Source: Octopus sinensis
Taxonomy: Eukaryota
Direction: 5' to 3'
Assembly (NCBI RefSeq): GCF_006345805.1
Contig: NC_043003.1
Span: 106,516,001 to 106,580,000, forward strand
DNA length: 64,000 bases
Part shown: positions 50,993 to 63,392 of the stretch, in pieces
How the letters are laid out: every line of letters starts with the position of its first letter
Numbering within the stretch: the stretch's first letter is position 1
Made by a program: the position numbers and the translations under genes
Notes under the pieces: generated by a model
Told to the model about the DNA's origin: nothing
What the model saw: only the letters and a program-made list of their open reading frames with translations
Databases searched by the model: none

Positions 50993-51230
50993 TCATCATC
51001 ATTTAACGTCTGCTTTCCATGCTGTCATCAGTTGGATGGTTTGGCTGGAGACTGGCAAGCTAGGGGGTTGCACCAGGCTTCAACCTGATCTGGCAATGTT
51101 TCTACAGCTGGATGCCCTTCCTAACGCCAACCACTCCGAGAGTGTAGTGGGTGCTTTTTGACATGCCACCATCATGAGGAGCCAGTCAAGCGGCACAGGC
51201 ATCGGTCACAACTACAATTTCCATTTGATT
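50993..51230 (-). mobile_element. Family C (RTE-tail) copy
   Basis: Reverse-complement homology; (CAT)n at left end. Confidence 0.8.
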
Positions 51231-51279
51231 TTAATTATATTTGAATAACTTCATCATTAAGCAGCAACAATAATAATAA

Positions 51280-51490
51280 TGGTTTCAAATTTTGGCACAA
51301 GGCCAGCAGTTTTTGTGGAGGGGATAAGTCGGTTACATCAACCCTAGTGCATAACTGGTACTTATTTTATCAACCCCAAAAGGATGAAAAGCAAAGTCAA
51401 CTTTGGTGGAATTTGAACTCAGATCATAAAGACAGACAAAATACTGCCAAGCATTTTGCCTGGAGTGCAAAGAATTCTGCCAGCTCACCA
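51280..51490 (-). mobile_element. SINE B subfamily copy (further decayed copy to ~51700)
   Basis: Reverse-complement homology to family B. Confidence 0.75.
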
Positions 51491-51778
51491 AATTTATAAA
51501 TAATAATAACAACAATAAGACTTATTTCAAGTTTTAGCACAATGCCAACAATTTTAGGAAGGTATCAATCAATGAAATCGGCCCCAGTATATGACAAGTA
51601 CTTTATTCTACTTTAAGATGGGAAGCAAAGTTAACCTTGGTGGAATTTGGAACTCAGAATGTAAAGATGGATGAAATGCTGCTAAGGATTCTGCCGGTGC
51701 CACACCGCCAATAGTGGCAGCGGCAATGGGTTTCTACTATAGACATAAGGGCCGAAAGTATTCTGTGTAGAGAATTCT

Positions 51779-51930
51779 AGAAAGAAAGAAAGAAAGAGAA
51801 GGAAAGGAAGGAAGGAAGGAGGGAGGAAAGAAGGAAGAAGGGAAGGAAGGGAAAGAGGGGGGAAGGAAGGAAGGAGGGAGGAAAGAAGGAAGAAGGGAAG
51901 GAAGGGAAGGAGGGGGGAGGAAGGAAGGAC
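51779..51930. repeat. Polypurine (GGAA)/(GAAA) tract
   Basis: Direct. Confidence 0.9.
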
Positions 51931-52028
51931 AGGATGGTCATATCTCTGATCAAAGCCTTGCAACTACGTGCAGCAGACATGCACTGAACATCAAAAGAAA
52001 TAGAACCCGACATTGCTGAGTGAAAGAA

Positions 52029-52398
52029 GGCATGGCTGGGAGGTTAAGAAGCCCACTTGCAACCATATGGTTTTGGGTTCAGTCCCATTGCATGGCACAT
52101 TGAGTAAATGTCATCTACTGTAGCCCAGTGTTGACCAATGCTTTGTGAGTGAATTGAATAGATGGAAACTGTGTGGAAGCCTGTGGTGTGTGTGTGTGTG
52201 TGTGTGTCCCACCACCTGATAACTAATGTTGGTTTGTTTATGTCTCTGTAACTTAGCAGTTCAGAAAAAGAGACTGACAGATCAATTATTAGACTTAAAA
52301 ATATGTATTGGGGTTGGTTTGTTCAAGTACACCCCCTCAAGATAGTACCCCAGCATGGCCACAGTCCAATGACTGAAATAAGTAAAAGATAAAAGATA
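52029..52398 (+). mobile_element. SINE A, diverged
   Basis: Homology to family A. Confidence 0.75.
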
Positions 52399-53806
52399 AA
52401 TGACTGAGACGCTTGACAGTAATTGCCAACATGAGAGATAAATCATTACGACTGAAGAAAAAAAGAATTTTAAATCATTAAGCAATTATTTTGGAAAATA
52501 ATTAATTTGACATGAGTTGATATCTTATCAATCATTAACTGAAGCCTTCCCCAATGAAAGTAGAAGAAGAAATATAAAACATAAAATGGGTAAAAAGAAA
52601 AAAAGAGAAAATTAAACATCAAGAAAAAATATAGACTAAGACTGTGGTGGGGGGGAGGGGTTGACATCATATAAATATTTAAAATAATTTAGATTGTTGT
52701 ACGAGAAATCTGCTGATGGAATGTTAAAGACAGAAGGTTTGGTAGTTGTGCAGTCTAAAAGGTTTCATCTTTTACCTACAACATTTAAATTTCTAATGTT
52801 AATCCTACATTAACTTTAATAATGTTAAGCTGACATTGCTAATAATTCTGTAATCCATTTCAGTGAATGTCTTCCAAGAGGATTACCATAGAACAAGATT
52901 TCTTTCTTTGTTGGTGCCATGCCAACAAGCAGCTGTGCTGGTGCCATGCCAACAAGCAGATGTGCTGGTGCCATATATAAAACACTGGCGCTGGTGCCAT
53001 GTAAAAAGCACCAAGTACACTCTGTAAAGTGGTTGGTGCCACGAAGGATATCAAATCATAGAAGTGCTGCCAAAACAGACAACTGGAATCTGGTGCAATC
53101 CTCTGGCTTGCTAGTTTCTATAAACAGTCCAACCCATGCCAGCATCGAAAATATATCCGCACAAGGGATCTACAGAATTAATTTGTGAGAAAAAACATAT
53201 TCAGAAGGAATAAACTATAGTAACTATCATTTATTTCTTTGTAATTATTTGATTAATTTAAATAGTTCATGTATGGAACGCTATAAACATGGTAAGATCT
53301 ACAATTCAAGGACAGTGGTTGTGGTCTGCATCAGTTGAAGTTAATCTGTAAAAGTTTGGGGGAAGAAACGAATCACAGCAAGTCGATTTCTTGTGAGGTA
53401 TAAAAAATTCATTGATTGGAACAATAGTCATTCTTTGGAGAGAGAAAATACGGATAATACGATAGTGATAGATACAGGAGTGAGAAAGAGCTGAAAGAAT
53501 GAAACGTGGTGTAAATGTGTGTAGAGAAAAGGAAAACAAAGTGTGAGAGTATTGAACAATGTCGGAGGAAATAAAGCCTGTCAGGAGATGTTTTGCTAAA
53601 TTAAAGAACAACTCTCTGAAATGAAACACTGCATCATCTTCCTATAGAGTGATAACAACAGCAATAATTATCCAACCAAATACTATGAACTTTTTGGTGT
53701 TATTTATCTCTTAGCAGACCTGAGATCAAAAGCATTCCAGCCATGACCATCATGTCTTTTCTTTTTTTTTTTTCAGGTAGTGTATCTAGGACTATATTAT
53801 AAATGA

Positions 53807-54024
53807 CTGGCAGAAACGTTAGCATGCTGGGCGAAATGCGTAGCCGTATTTCGTCTGCCGTTACGTTCTGAGTTCAAATTCTGCCGAGGTCAACTTTGCC
53901 TTTCATCTTTTCGGGGTCGATAAATAAAGAACCAGTTACGCACTGGGGTCGATGTAATCGACTTAATCCCTTTGTTTGTCTTTGTCCCCTCTATGTTTAG
54001 CCCCTTGTGGGCAATAAAGAAATA
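53807..54024 (+). mobile_element. SINE B, young copy
   Basis: Direct repeat TATATTATAAATGACTGG at 53793-53810 and 54025-54042. Confidence 0.9.
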
Positions 54025-54246
54025 TATATTATAAATGACTGGTGTCCTTCATTTATTAAGACTAGCTGTAGAAACACTGCCAGATCTGACTGGCCTGGTG
54101 CAGCCTTCGGGCTCCCCAGACTCCAGTTGAACCGTCCAACCCATGCTAGCATGGAAAGCGGACGTTAAATGAGGATGATGATGATGATGATGTAGGGTGT
54201 GATTCAAGTGAATTTTTACTTATTTCTAACAGGTCGCAAGACCACA

Positions 54247-54475
54247 TCAATCCTTTAGCATTTAAACCAGCCATATCCGGCCAAAAGTATTCTGCCTGTT
54301 TTATGTTCAAAATGGCCAGATCTTGTCTCTCACACCAACCCTACAATATCATTTTAAAACTTAACATCTACCTCATCAAAATCTCAAAGCTACAAGATAA
54401 TGCATGGTTAGTTCAAGGCAATGTGGATAAAAAAGGATTAATTTTGGCAGAATAATGCGAACACTAAAGAGTTAA
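54247..54475. mobile_element. MITE family 1
   Basis: Homology to 3245-3473. Confidence 0.85.
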
Positions 54476-54615
54476 AGCTTGAAACTAATGTCATCAGTAG
54501 AGAGGATGCGACTAACGAATAAGACAGATTCTTCGCCCACAACCCCAACACTAGACCCAACCCCTTTTGTTTTGTTTTTTTAACTGTCATTGCATCACAC
54601 AAAAAGGATACTTAC

Positions 54616-54657
54616 CGAATAAATTGATGGACTTGGTATTGTACAAACTATCAACAC
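54616..54657 (-). CDS. Candidate 42-nt internal exon of an unidentified minus-strand gene
   Basis: TCTGAC...TTTTTATTTCTAATTTCAG|GTGTTG...TTATTCG|GTAAGT; length a multiple of 3; open as xVDSLYNTKSINLF or VLIVCTIPSPSIYS. Confidence 0.55.
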
Positions 54658-55282
54658 CTGAAATTAGAAATAAAAACTTAAGTCAGAATTTATAGACAAA
54701 GTCCTTCTCACAACGAAGGTAAGTTTACTCAGAACAATACACTTCCCCCCCACTTAAAAAAAAAAAATCTAACCCAGATTTATGTCTTTGTTACATTCAA
54801 AATTCACATACCTACACGCAGAAACATTGCGTATGTGCATGAGTGTGTGCACAAGAAATACATACATGTGGGATCTGTTAACTTCAACAAAAGATGCAGC
54901 TGAGGAGGAAACTACAAAACCACAACGGCTCCCATCTCTGTTATTCCTTCCATGCCCTCACGTGTGAGGAAGCTAGAGAAGAAGTGATTTTTTTTTTGTT
55001 TCTTTTATTGCAATCACATGTGATACTCAGATGGTTGCAACAAAAGGGGCCACTGCTTGTGTGTGGCACCAAGAAGCCTGAGACTTGTGTTTTCGGGGTT
55101 GGGGATGCATGCCTGCAATTCATATTTTGCAGCATGTGTTTCAATCCCTGAATGTCTGAAGCCAAAAAAACCCTTTTTTTACAGTATTTTTGTTAAACTA
55201 TACTTATTTCTGTTATTTTTGAAAATAACGAAGAATTCACTAAAGCAATTTTGTCATAATTAAACTGGTCTATTCTATTCTA

Positions 55283-55482
55283 TTACTTGTTTCAGTCATT
55301 TGACTGCGGCCATGCTAGAGCACCACCTTTAGTCGAGCAAATCGACCCCGGGACTTATTCTTTGTAAGCCCAGTACTTATTCTATCGGTCTCTTTTGCCG
55401 AACCGCTAAGTAACGGGGACGTAAACACATCAGCATCAGTTGTCAAGCAATGCTAGGGGGACAAACACAGACACACAAACAT

Positions 55483-55515
<33 letters not shown>

Positions 55516-55679
55516 CATATATACGACAGGCTTCTTTCAGTTTCCGTCTACCAAATCCACTCACAAGGCTTTGGTTGGCCTGAGGCTATAGTAGAAGACA
55601 CTCGCCCAAGATGCCACACAGTGGGACTGAACCCGGAACCATGTGGTTGGTAAGCAAGCTACTTACCACACAGCCACTC
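55283..55679 (-). mobile_element. SINE A, young
   Basis: Reverse-complement homology to family A. Confidence 0.9.
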
Positions 55680-56169
55680 TTAATTAAAACCTATTAAATT
55701 TTATGTAAATTTAAGATCACTTTAGAACAGGAAGTCAGCATTAGAGAATAAAGGGTTGTCTCAGGAAGGTTGGTATCAAAAAGGGTCAAAACTCATGTTT
55801 CAAAAGATTGTGTCCTTCTCTTATGTGAACTTTATCATGTAAATGCACTTACATTTATGCATATGCACATACATACATGCTACTGAATGGCTATTACTCT
55901 CTGACAAGTTTTCCTTTTTACCCAGCAAAACTGCCCAAAAGTCCACCTCACCAAAAAAGCTTGATGGGGTTGCAGTTTAGTTGCTGACTGCCTGACCGAG
56001 CAGAAGTTGTCTTGGCTTACATGGTTACCAGTAATGGGATCTGGATATCACATCTACCGATACACGTGCACAAATATTCAGCACTTGTTGCACTGCTTTT
56101 TATAGCAGAAACAACAGTAAGCCAATGGCATTCATTGTGAAACTTCTTAACTCCACCTGACATCAATAT

Positions 56170-56391
56170 ACTCTTTTATTCTTTTACTTGTTTCAGTCAT
56201 TTGACTGCAGCCATGCTGGAGCACTGCCTTTAGTCAAGCAAATTGACCCCAGGACCAATTCTTTGTAAGCCTAGTACTTATTCTATCAGTTTATTTTGCT
56301 GGACTGCTAAGTTATGGGGACGTGAACGCACTAGCATCACTTGTCAAGTGATGTTGGGGGTGGGGGGACAAACACACACATACAAACATAT

Positions 56392-56434
<43 letters not shown>

Positions 56435-56598
56435 AGATGGGTTTCTTTCAGTTTCCGTCTACCAAATCCACTCACAAGTCTTTGGTCGGCCAGTGGCTAT
56501 AAGCAGAAGACATTTGCCCAAGGTGCCATGCAGTGAGACTGAACCCAGAACCATGTGGTTGGTAAGCAAGTTACTTACCACACAGCCACTCCTGTGCC
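56170..56598 (-). mobile_element. SINE A
   Basis: Reverse-complement homology to family A. Confidence 0.85.
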
Positions 56599-57088
56599 CA
56601 TACATATATATATATATATTATATTATATACCCGCTAAAAGGACACTTGTGAAAAATTGAAGAAATCATTATTTCCTAATGTCTTTCAATATACAAGACC
56701 AGCTGAAGAATTTAATGCAAAAGTCTATTTGAGCGAAGTGAGCTTAATGCCGAATATACTTGTGGCAGCAAATATATGCCACTTTAATTAAGTTGAAGTG
56801 TAGAGACATTAAAAGATATTATGTTCTATATTTATGTATAAAGTGAGTCTGTGGTTAGAAACACTAGGAGACATATTGTGTCTCGGCTCAAAGTTTTGTA
56901 GGAGAGTGGGGGGAGGGGGGAGATGGAGAGAACAGGCGAGAAAGGAAGGTGGAGGGAGGAATGAAGATGGAAGAGGGAGAGAGAGATGGAGAGAGTGAAA
57001 CAGAGAGAAAGCAAGAGAGAGGGGAGAGAGGAAACAGCTTGAGAGACAGGGAGCAAGTCTGAGAAAAAATATGAGGGTAAGTTGTAAC

Positions 57089-57131
<43 letters not shown>

Positions 57132-57149
57132 AGAAAGACAGATTGATAA

Positions 57150-57791
57150 AGAGAAAAGTGTGTGTGTGAAGAAAAATGTGTGTGCGTGTGAAGAAAAATG
57201 TGTGTGTGTGTGTGTGAGAAAAATGTGTGTGTGTGTGAAGAAAAAAGTGTGTGTGTGTGTGTGAAGAAAAATGTGTGTGCGTGTGAAGAAAAATGTGTGT
57301 GTGTGTGAAGAAAAATGTGTGTGTTTGTGTGTGAAGAAAAATGTGTGTGTGTGTGTGAAGAAAAATGTGTGTGTGTGTGTGTGTGAAAAAAATGTGTGTG
57401 TGTGTGTGTGTGTGAAGAAAAATGTGTGTGTGTGTGTGAAGAAAAATGTGTGTGTGTGTGTGAAGAAAAAAGTGTGTGTGTGTGTGAAGAAAAAAGTGTG
57501 TGCGTGTGAAGAAAAATGTGTGTGTGTGAAGAAAAATGTGTGTGTGTGAAGAAAAATGTGTGTGTGAAGAAAAATGTGTGTGTGTGTGTGTGAAGAAAAA
57601 TGTGTGTGTGTGTGAAGAAAAATGTGTGTGTGTGTGAAGAAAAATGTGTGTGTGTGTGAAGAAAAATGTGTGTGTGTGTGTGTGAAGAAAAAAGTGTGTG
57701 TGTGTGTGTGAAGAAAAAAGTGTGTGTGTGTGTGTGTGAATAAAAAAGTGTGTGTGTGGTGTGTGTGTGTGAAGAAAAAAGTGTGTGTGTG
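57150..57791. repeat. Compound satellite [GAAGAAAAA(T/A)(GT)n] tandem array
   Basis: About 28 units with variable GT number; source of the 312-345 aa H/T/F ORFs. Confidence 0.95.
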
Positions 57792-58269
57792 AGCAAGTGC
57801 AAGAGAGAGCAAAGAAGATGATGCAAAAGTGGCAGTATTGTTGCATCTCATGTCTATTTTTTGGTTTATGTAATTCCCCTAACAGGTTGATCAGTTTGCA
57901 GAAAATACAGCCAAATGACTTTGTTTCAGTTGATACGTTAGAATATCAGCACCATGTTACTAACCTACGACCTACAAATTCAGTTTGATCTCCCTGCAGC
58001 TACCAAAGTTTAAAACCATCTCTCTAACTGCAGAAGCCATGCAATATCAAAGCTAATCAGAGTTTAATAGTCAGCTTAAGAAGACTTTGCAAAGTCACTT
58101 CCAAAGAAACATCAAGATTTCAGATAAAATAAATTATTGCTGAAAGCAAAATGTTCTTCAGAGAAATTATTTTAAAAGCTAAAGCTCAACTGGTTCGTTT
58201 ACTTTAATATTTATGATATTTAAATAATTATGAGACACGAGTAAAACTGATTTCATATCATCTACGCAC

Positions 58270-58530
58270 ACACAGTCAGTGCGTGACCTGGCATTGACAT
58301 GAGGAACGTTGCATCTTCCCAGGTGCATATTGCCAAGTTGGAAATGGAATGCAGGCAACTGGTTGGATGGAGTCTTAGAATTTTCAGAGCAAGAGGGCAG
58401 GAAACCAAGACGGGCTTCTGGGGGACATCCGCCCTCAGCTGTGTTGATTACTGGCCCAAACTAGGATCACCATGCAGTGTAAAATTAATGGCAGAAGTTG
58501 AAATAATCCAACAAAAACTATATAAAGACT
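58270..58530 (+). mobile_element. CR1/Jockey-group LINE RT C-terminal fragment
   Basis: VRDL-G...VHIAKLEMECRQLVGWSLRIFRAR...DYWPKLGSP...EIIQ resembles GWILRTF..R...LDYCSQLWSP...E.IQR. Confidence 0.75.
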
Positions 58531-58604
58531 GAAATGGTTAGAAGTCTGCTCAAATCTGGACATGTTGGACAGACCTATACACATTTTGTTTTTCAAAAAA
58601 TACA

Positions 58605-58772
58605 GCGTAGGAGTGGCTGTGTGGTAAGTAGCTTGCTTACCAACCACATGGTTCCGGGTTCAGTCCTGCTGCGTGGCACCTTGGGCAAGTGTCTTCTACT
58701 CTAGCCTCGGGCCGACCAAAGCCTTGTGAGTGGATTTGGTAGACGGAAACTGAAAGAAGCCCATCGTGTATA

Positions 58773-58818
<46 letters not shown>

Positions 58819-59049
58819 ATATATATGTGTGTGTGTATATATGTTTGTGTGTCTGTGTTTGTCCCCCACCCAACATCACTTGACAACCGATGGTGTGTTT
58901 ACGTCCCCCGTAACTTAGTGGTTCGGCAAAAGAGACCGATAGAATAAGTACTAGGCTTACAAAGAATAAGTCCTGGGGTCGATTTCCTTGACTAAAGGCG
59001 GTGCTCCAGCATGGCCACAGTCACATGACTGAAACAAGTAAAAGAGTAA
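58605..59049 (+). mobile_element. SINE A, full length
   Basis: Homology to family A. Confidence 0.9.
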
Positions 59050-59191
59050 TCTGTTAACAGCATTTTAATATAGGATCACAGTGTTAGCTGCTGTTATTTA
59101 ACTCTAGGTCAGCCTTGATCAAGCAAGCCTATGATCAAAGGCATTCCATCCATGACCGTGTCTATCTAGCACTACATTATTCATTATTATG

Positions 59192-59537
59192 GAGATGTAC
59201 TTGCATAGCAAGTGACCTGATCTAAGATCGTGTGCTGGAACGAAAACAACTGCAGCGTGGAAGGTGTTTATAAGCCATTTAAGAAACACACAGAAACTGT
59301 TAGATTCACTTCAACGTTTAAATTTAATTCGCCAAAATATTTTCATCACTTTGAGACTGCGACCTTTTCACTGACAAGATTTAGCACAGAGACACAGCAC
59401 AGAATTTTATCAGTGATCAGGTCGTGGTCTGAAAGTGATGAAAATATTTTGGCAAATTAAATTTAAATGTTGAAGTGCATCTAACGGTTTTTGTGCTTTT
59501 TTTAATGGCTTATAAACACCTTCCGCACTGGAGTTGT
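59192..59537. mobile_element. Family 3 repeat as inverted pair (arms ~59247-59381 / 59403-59536)
   Basis: Arms are reverse complements; homologous to 49397-49597. Confidence 0.75.
59406..59456 (+). ncRNA. Variant hammerhead-like motif with G3-C8 core (mirror copy 59328-59378)
   Basis: UUUAUCA-GUGAUCA-G-GUCGU[loop]GUGAU-GAA-AAUAUU-U-UGGCAAA. Confidence 0.5.
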
Positions 59538-60008
59538 TTATTCATTATGTCTTTCTTTTAATAAGATGGTATGGAGCGATTTAAATGAGATTTGATGGTG
59601 AATGTCTTGGATGGCTTGCCAAGTATCCAAATCTCACATCACATCATAGACAATGTGTAGACTCTCAGTTTTCTTAGATATTGTTGCTGATTAGCGCCAT
59701 GTTAGGCATATCCGAGCTGGTTTATACAACAAGAGGGAATTCATTGAGTTTCCAAGATATATCGTTGTTCAATGTGTTCGATGTATTCTTTATTTAAGGT
59801 GATAGGATATTATTCGAGGGAAAGTTGTCTGCTATTGCTAGCGAGGAAAAATAAAGTAAGAGATATGGGTGGACTTTTCGAAGCCTGCGGTTTTAATAGA
59901 GAAACCAACATGCAAGTTGTTGAGCAGAGAGAGAAGAAAATGAGGGAGGAGAGAATATGGGATGAAAATAGAAATGGATGTAGGTTTAATACATTACCAA
60001 CAATTAGG

Positions 60009-60044
<36 letters not shown>

Positions 60045-60075
60045 GAAAAAGAGAGAGAGAGAGAAAGAGAGTGAG

Positions 60076-60107
<32 letters not shown>

Positions 60108-60874
60108 CAATTTAGTAGACTCCTAATTTAAATAAGCCATAAGCTTTATCCTGGATGCGTGTGGCATGCAGTCTCTTTCTTCACCGTCTGTGCATATTCT
60201 GTGTGCATGCATGTTTGTCGTATCAGTGTGTGTATGCTTGCTATCTGCATGCAGTGTGTGTGTGTGTGTGTGTGTGCCTTGTCAGCATGCATGCTCATCT
60301 GCATGCATGGATGCTTGTCAGTGTGCATGTGCATGTGTCTCGTCTGTGTTTACATGTCTTGTGTATCTCTCATCCGTGTATGCACACGTCATAACTTCAG
60401 ACGTGTGCACATGTTTGTGTATTTGCATGTGTGTGATACATGCATTGTTAATGCGGGTATGTTTCTTTTTGTATGTGTGTGTGTGAACATATGTCATCTG
60501 TGTGTGTGTGTGAACATGTCTCCATGTGTGTGCTCATATAGTCTGCACATGTGCATGCATGCATGTGAATACCAGGCCTGCAGGAGAGTGCATGTCATAC
60601 CTGTTAGGGTGTGAGTGTGTGTCCATGTGCAGTCTGTGCATACATACATAAAAAGTCAGATTTCACAATCCACTCACAAGGCTTTGGTCAGCTTGGGGTA
60701 ATAAGAAGACACTTGCCCAAGGTGTCAAGCAGTGGGACTGAACCCGGAACCATGTGGTTGGGAAGCAAACTTCTTACCACACACCCACATCTGCACCTAT
60801 ATACAAGGAACATGGTGTTGGCTGAGTATACCTCCTGAACTTAGAGAGATCATTTTAAGTATTTTAGGTGCACA

Positions 60875-60978
60875 ACATTTTTTCCATTTTTAATGCATTT
60901 TTTTGGCTATAACTCTCTAAAAATGCTTATATAGTTATTTCCCTTACAAATCCGAGCAACGCCGGGCGATACTGCTAG
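60875..60978 (+). mobile_element. Helitron-like 3' end fragment
   Basis: Matches 195-281; CCGAGCAACGCCGGG hairpin and CTAG|T. Confidence 0.7.
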
Positions 60979-61595
60979 TTTATTACTAAAGCTATAAAGC
61001 AACAGAAACTAACATTTAAGCCAAATATCAACAATTTATTTTTGAAAGCAATTAAATTGTAAACTGCAAACAGGAAATTCTGACAAGCAACGTGTCCCGA
61101 TATGCAAATGGCCAGTATACATGAAGTCATAATAACTTGTGTCATCTTTGGGAATCATTATAAAGAATTAGTGACTAATGAAGAACTAAAGATGGAAAAT
61201 AATATTTAAGGAATGCATGTCAATAACGATCATCAATTTTATGGTGAAACAAGAAAATAAATAAATAAATGAAATGAAGAATAAAATTAAAAGGGAAATA
61301 GCTTTTTTTTTTTTTTTAAACTAATCCACTTCATTTGTCATAATTAAATCTTGAGCTTAATAAATATTGTAAATAAAATATGCAAAAACTGGTGTTTGCT
61401 CATCAATCAAACTGAACTGATGCTTTGGGATAAAAGAGATTTCTTTAAAAAACTGAAGAGAAAATGTTTCTTTAATTGTGAAATTATAGAATTCCTATGT
61501 TGACAATGGAATGCGTGAGAGGCAGAGAAGCAAGACCACAAAAGAACACAAGAGAAGCGTTGAGGCTAGATCTCAGGGAATTTGGGTTTCAGAGA

Positions 61596-62188
61596 TCATC
61601 ATCATCATCATTGTAGTTCAACGTCCATTTTCCATGCTGGCATGGGTTGGACGGTTTGACTGAGGACTGGCAAGCCAGGAGGCTGCACTAGGCTCTAATC
61701 TGATTTGGCATGGTTTCTACAGCTGGATGCCCTTCCTAACACCAACCATTCCTAGAGTGTAGTGAGTGCTTTTACATGTCACTGGCATGTGAGCCACTTA
61801 GGTGGCATTGGCGTTGGCCATGCTTGAATGGTGCATTTTACATGCCACTGGCACAGGTGCCAGTCAGGCAGCACTGACATCGGCCATGCTCAAATGGTGC
61901 TTTTTATGTGCCACCAGCACGGGTGCCAGTTAGGTGGCATAGGCACCGGCCACAACTACGATTTCACTTGGTTCAATAGGTCTTCACAAGTACAGCATAC
62001 TTCTAAAGGTCTCAGTCGCTTGTCATCGTCTCTGTGAGGCCCAGTGTTCAAAGGTCATGCTTCACCACTTCAGCCCAGGTCTTCCTGGGTCTCCCTCTTC
62101 CATACCTTCCCTCTACTGTTAGGATGTGACACTTCTTCACACAGCTGTCCTCATCCAAACATATCACCAGACCATACCAGCACAGTCA
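61596..62188 (-). mobile_element. RTE-clade LINE 3' end (ORF C-terminus plus 3' UTR, (GAT)n tail)
   Basis: WYG...DEDSCVKKCHILTVEGRYGRGRPRKTWAEVVKHDL*TLGLTE. Confidence 0.85.
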
Positions 62189-62421
62189 TGGAAAAGATGT
62201 TGAGACAGGTTTCCTGCTGTTGAATACTGGATGTTCTTCCTGTTGCCAACCCTCATTGGTTTCCAAGAAAAGTAATATTTCCCTTAGTAACTGGACATGT
62301 TTTTGTGGAAGACTGCAGTTGAGAGAGACCACTTGTGTGATGGTGGATTTTATTTGCATTTAACACATGATGCAAGACAAGAAGACATGAAAACACACAC
62401 TAAAAAAAGAAAAGAAAAAGG

Positions 62422-62788
62422 ACTTCTTTTCAGTTTTTTCCTACCAAATTCACCCACAAGGCTTCGGTTGGCCCAGAATGAAAGTACCATGCAGTAAGAT
62501 TGGACCTGAAACTGTGTGGTTGTTAATGAAACTTCACCACACAGCCAGAAATCTTTTACTTGTTTCAGTTATTAGACTGCAGCCATGCTGGGGCACCACT
62601 TTGAAGAGTTTTTAGTTGAATAAATCAACCCCCAGGACTTGCTCCTTTCAGTTTCAGTCAAACAAATCCACTTGAAAGGCTTGAAGCCATAGACGACAAT
62701 TGCCCAAGGTGTCACTCAGTGAGACTGAACCGGGAACCAAGTGACTGGGAAGCAAAATACTTCCTACCACACAGCCCACACCTGTGCC
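62422..62788 (-). mobile_element. Two partial SINE A copies
   Basis: Reverse-complement homology to family A. Confidence 0.7.
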
Positions 62789-62801
62789 TATATATATATT
62801 A

Positions 62802-62836
<35 letters not shown>

Positions 62837-62921
62837 CGGAGGAGTAAACACATAAATGTGAAACAGGTGGAAAAAAGAGTATCAAATACCAGTAGTAGAG
62901 TAATATGCTAAAGTGTCTAAG

Positions 62922-62952
<31 letters not shown>

Positions 62953-62961
62953 TATTATTAT

Positions 62962-63375
62962 ATTGTGCTTGAGAAGACCCGTCAAGCCAAGTGAAATCGT
63001 AGTTGTGACTGATGCTGGTGTCACATAACTGGCATGTAAAAAGCACCTTTTGAGCGCTGGGCCTCATGGAGGCAAGTGTTGGGCCTAACGGAAGCAATGA
63101 CTAAGACCTTTGGCATTATGTCGTGCTTGAGAAGATCCATCAAGCCAAGTAAAATCAGTGGGGGCAGATATTGGTGTCACACAAATGGCACCTGTGCCGG
63201 TGGAATGTGAAAGCCCCCATTACACTTTCGGAGTGGTTGGCGTTAGGAAGGGCATCAAGCTTTAGAAACCATGCCAAGTCAGACTGGAGTCCGATGCAGC
63301 CTTCCATCTTGCCAGCTCTGGTCAAACTGTCCAACCCATGCCAGTATGGACAACGGACGCTAAATGATGATGATG
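62962..63375 (+). mobile_element. RTE 3' UTR / family C copy with internal duplication
   Basis: GTGCTTGAGAAGA..C..CAAGCCAAGT occurs twice; (GAT)n tail. Confidence 0.8.
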
Positions 63376-63392
63376 AGATATATATATATATA

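Noticed and set aside
56809-57851. 312-345 aa ORFs, the longest in the window
   Set aside because: Read-through of the GAAGAAAAA(GT)n satellite in all three frames; low complexity
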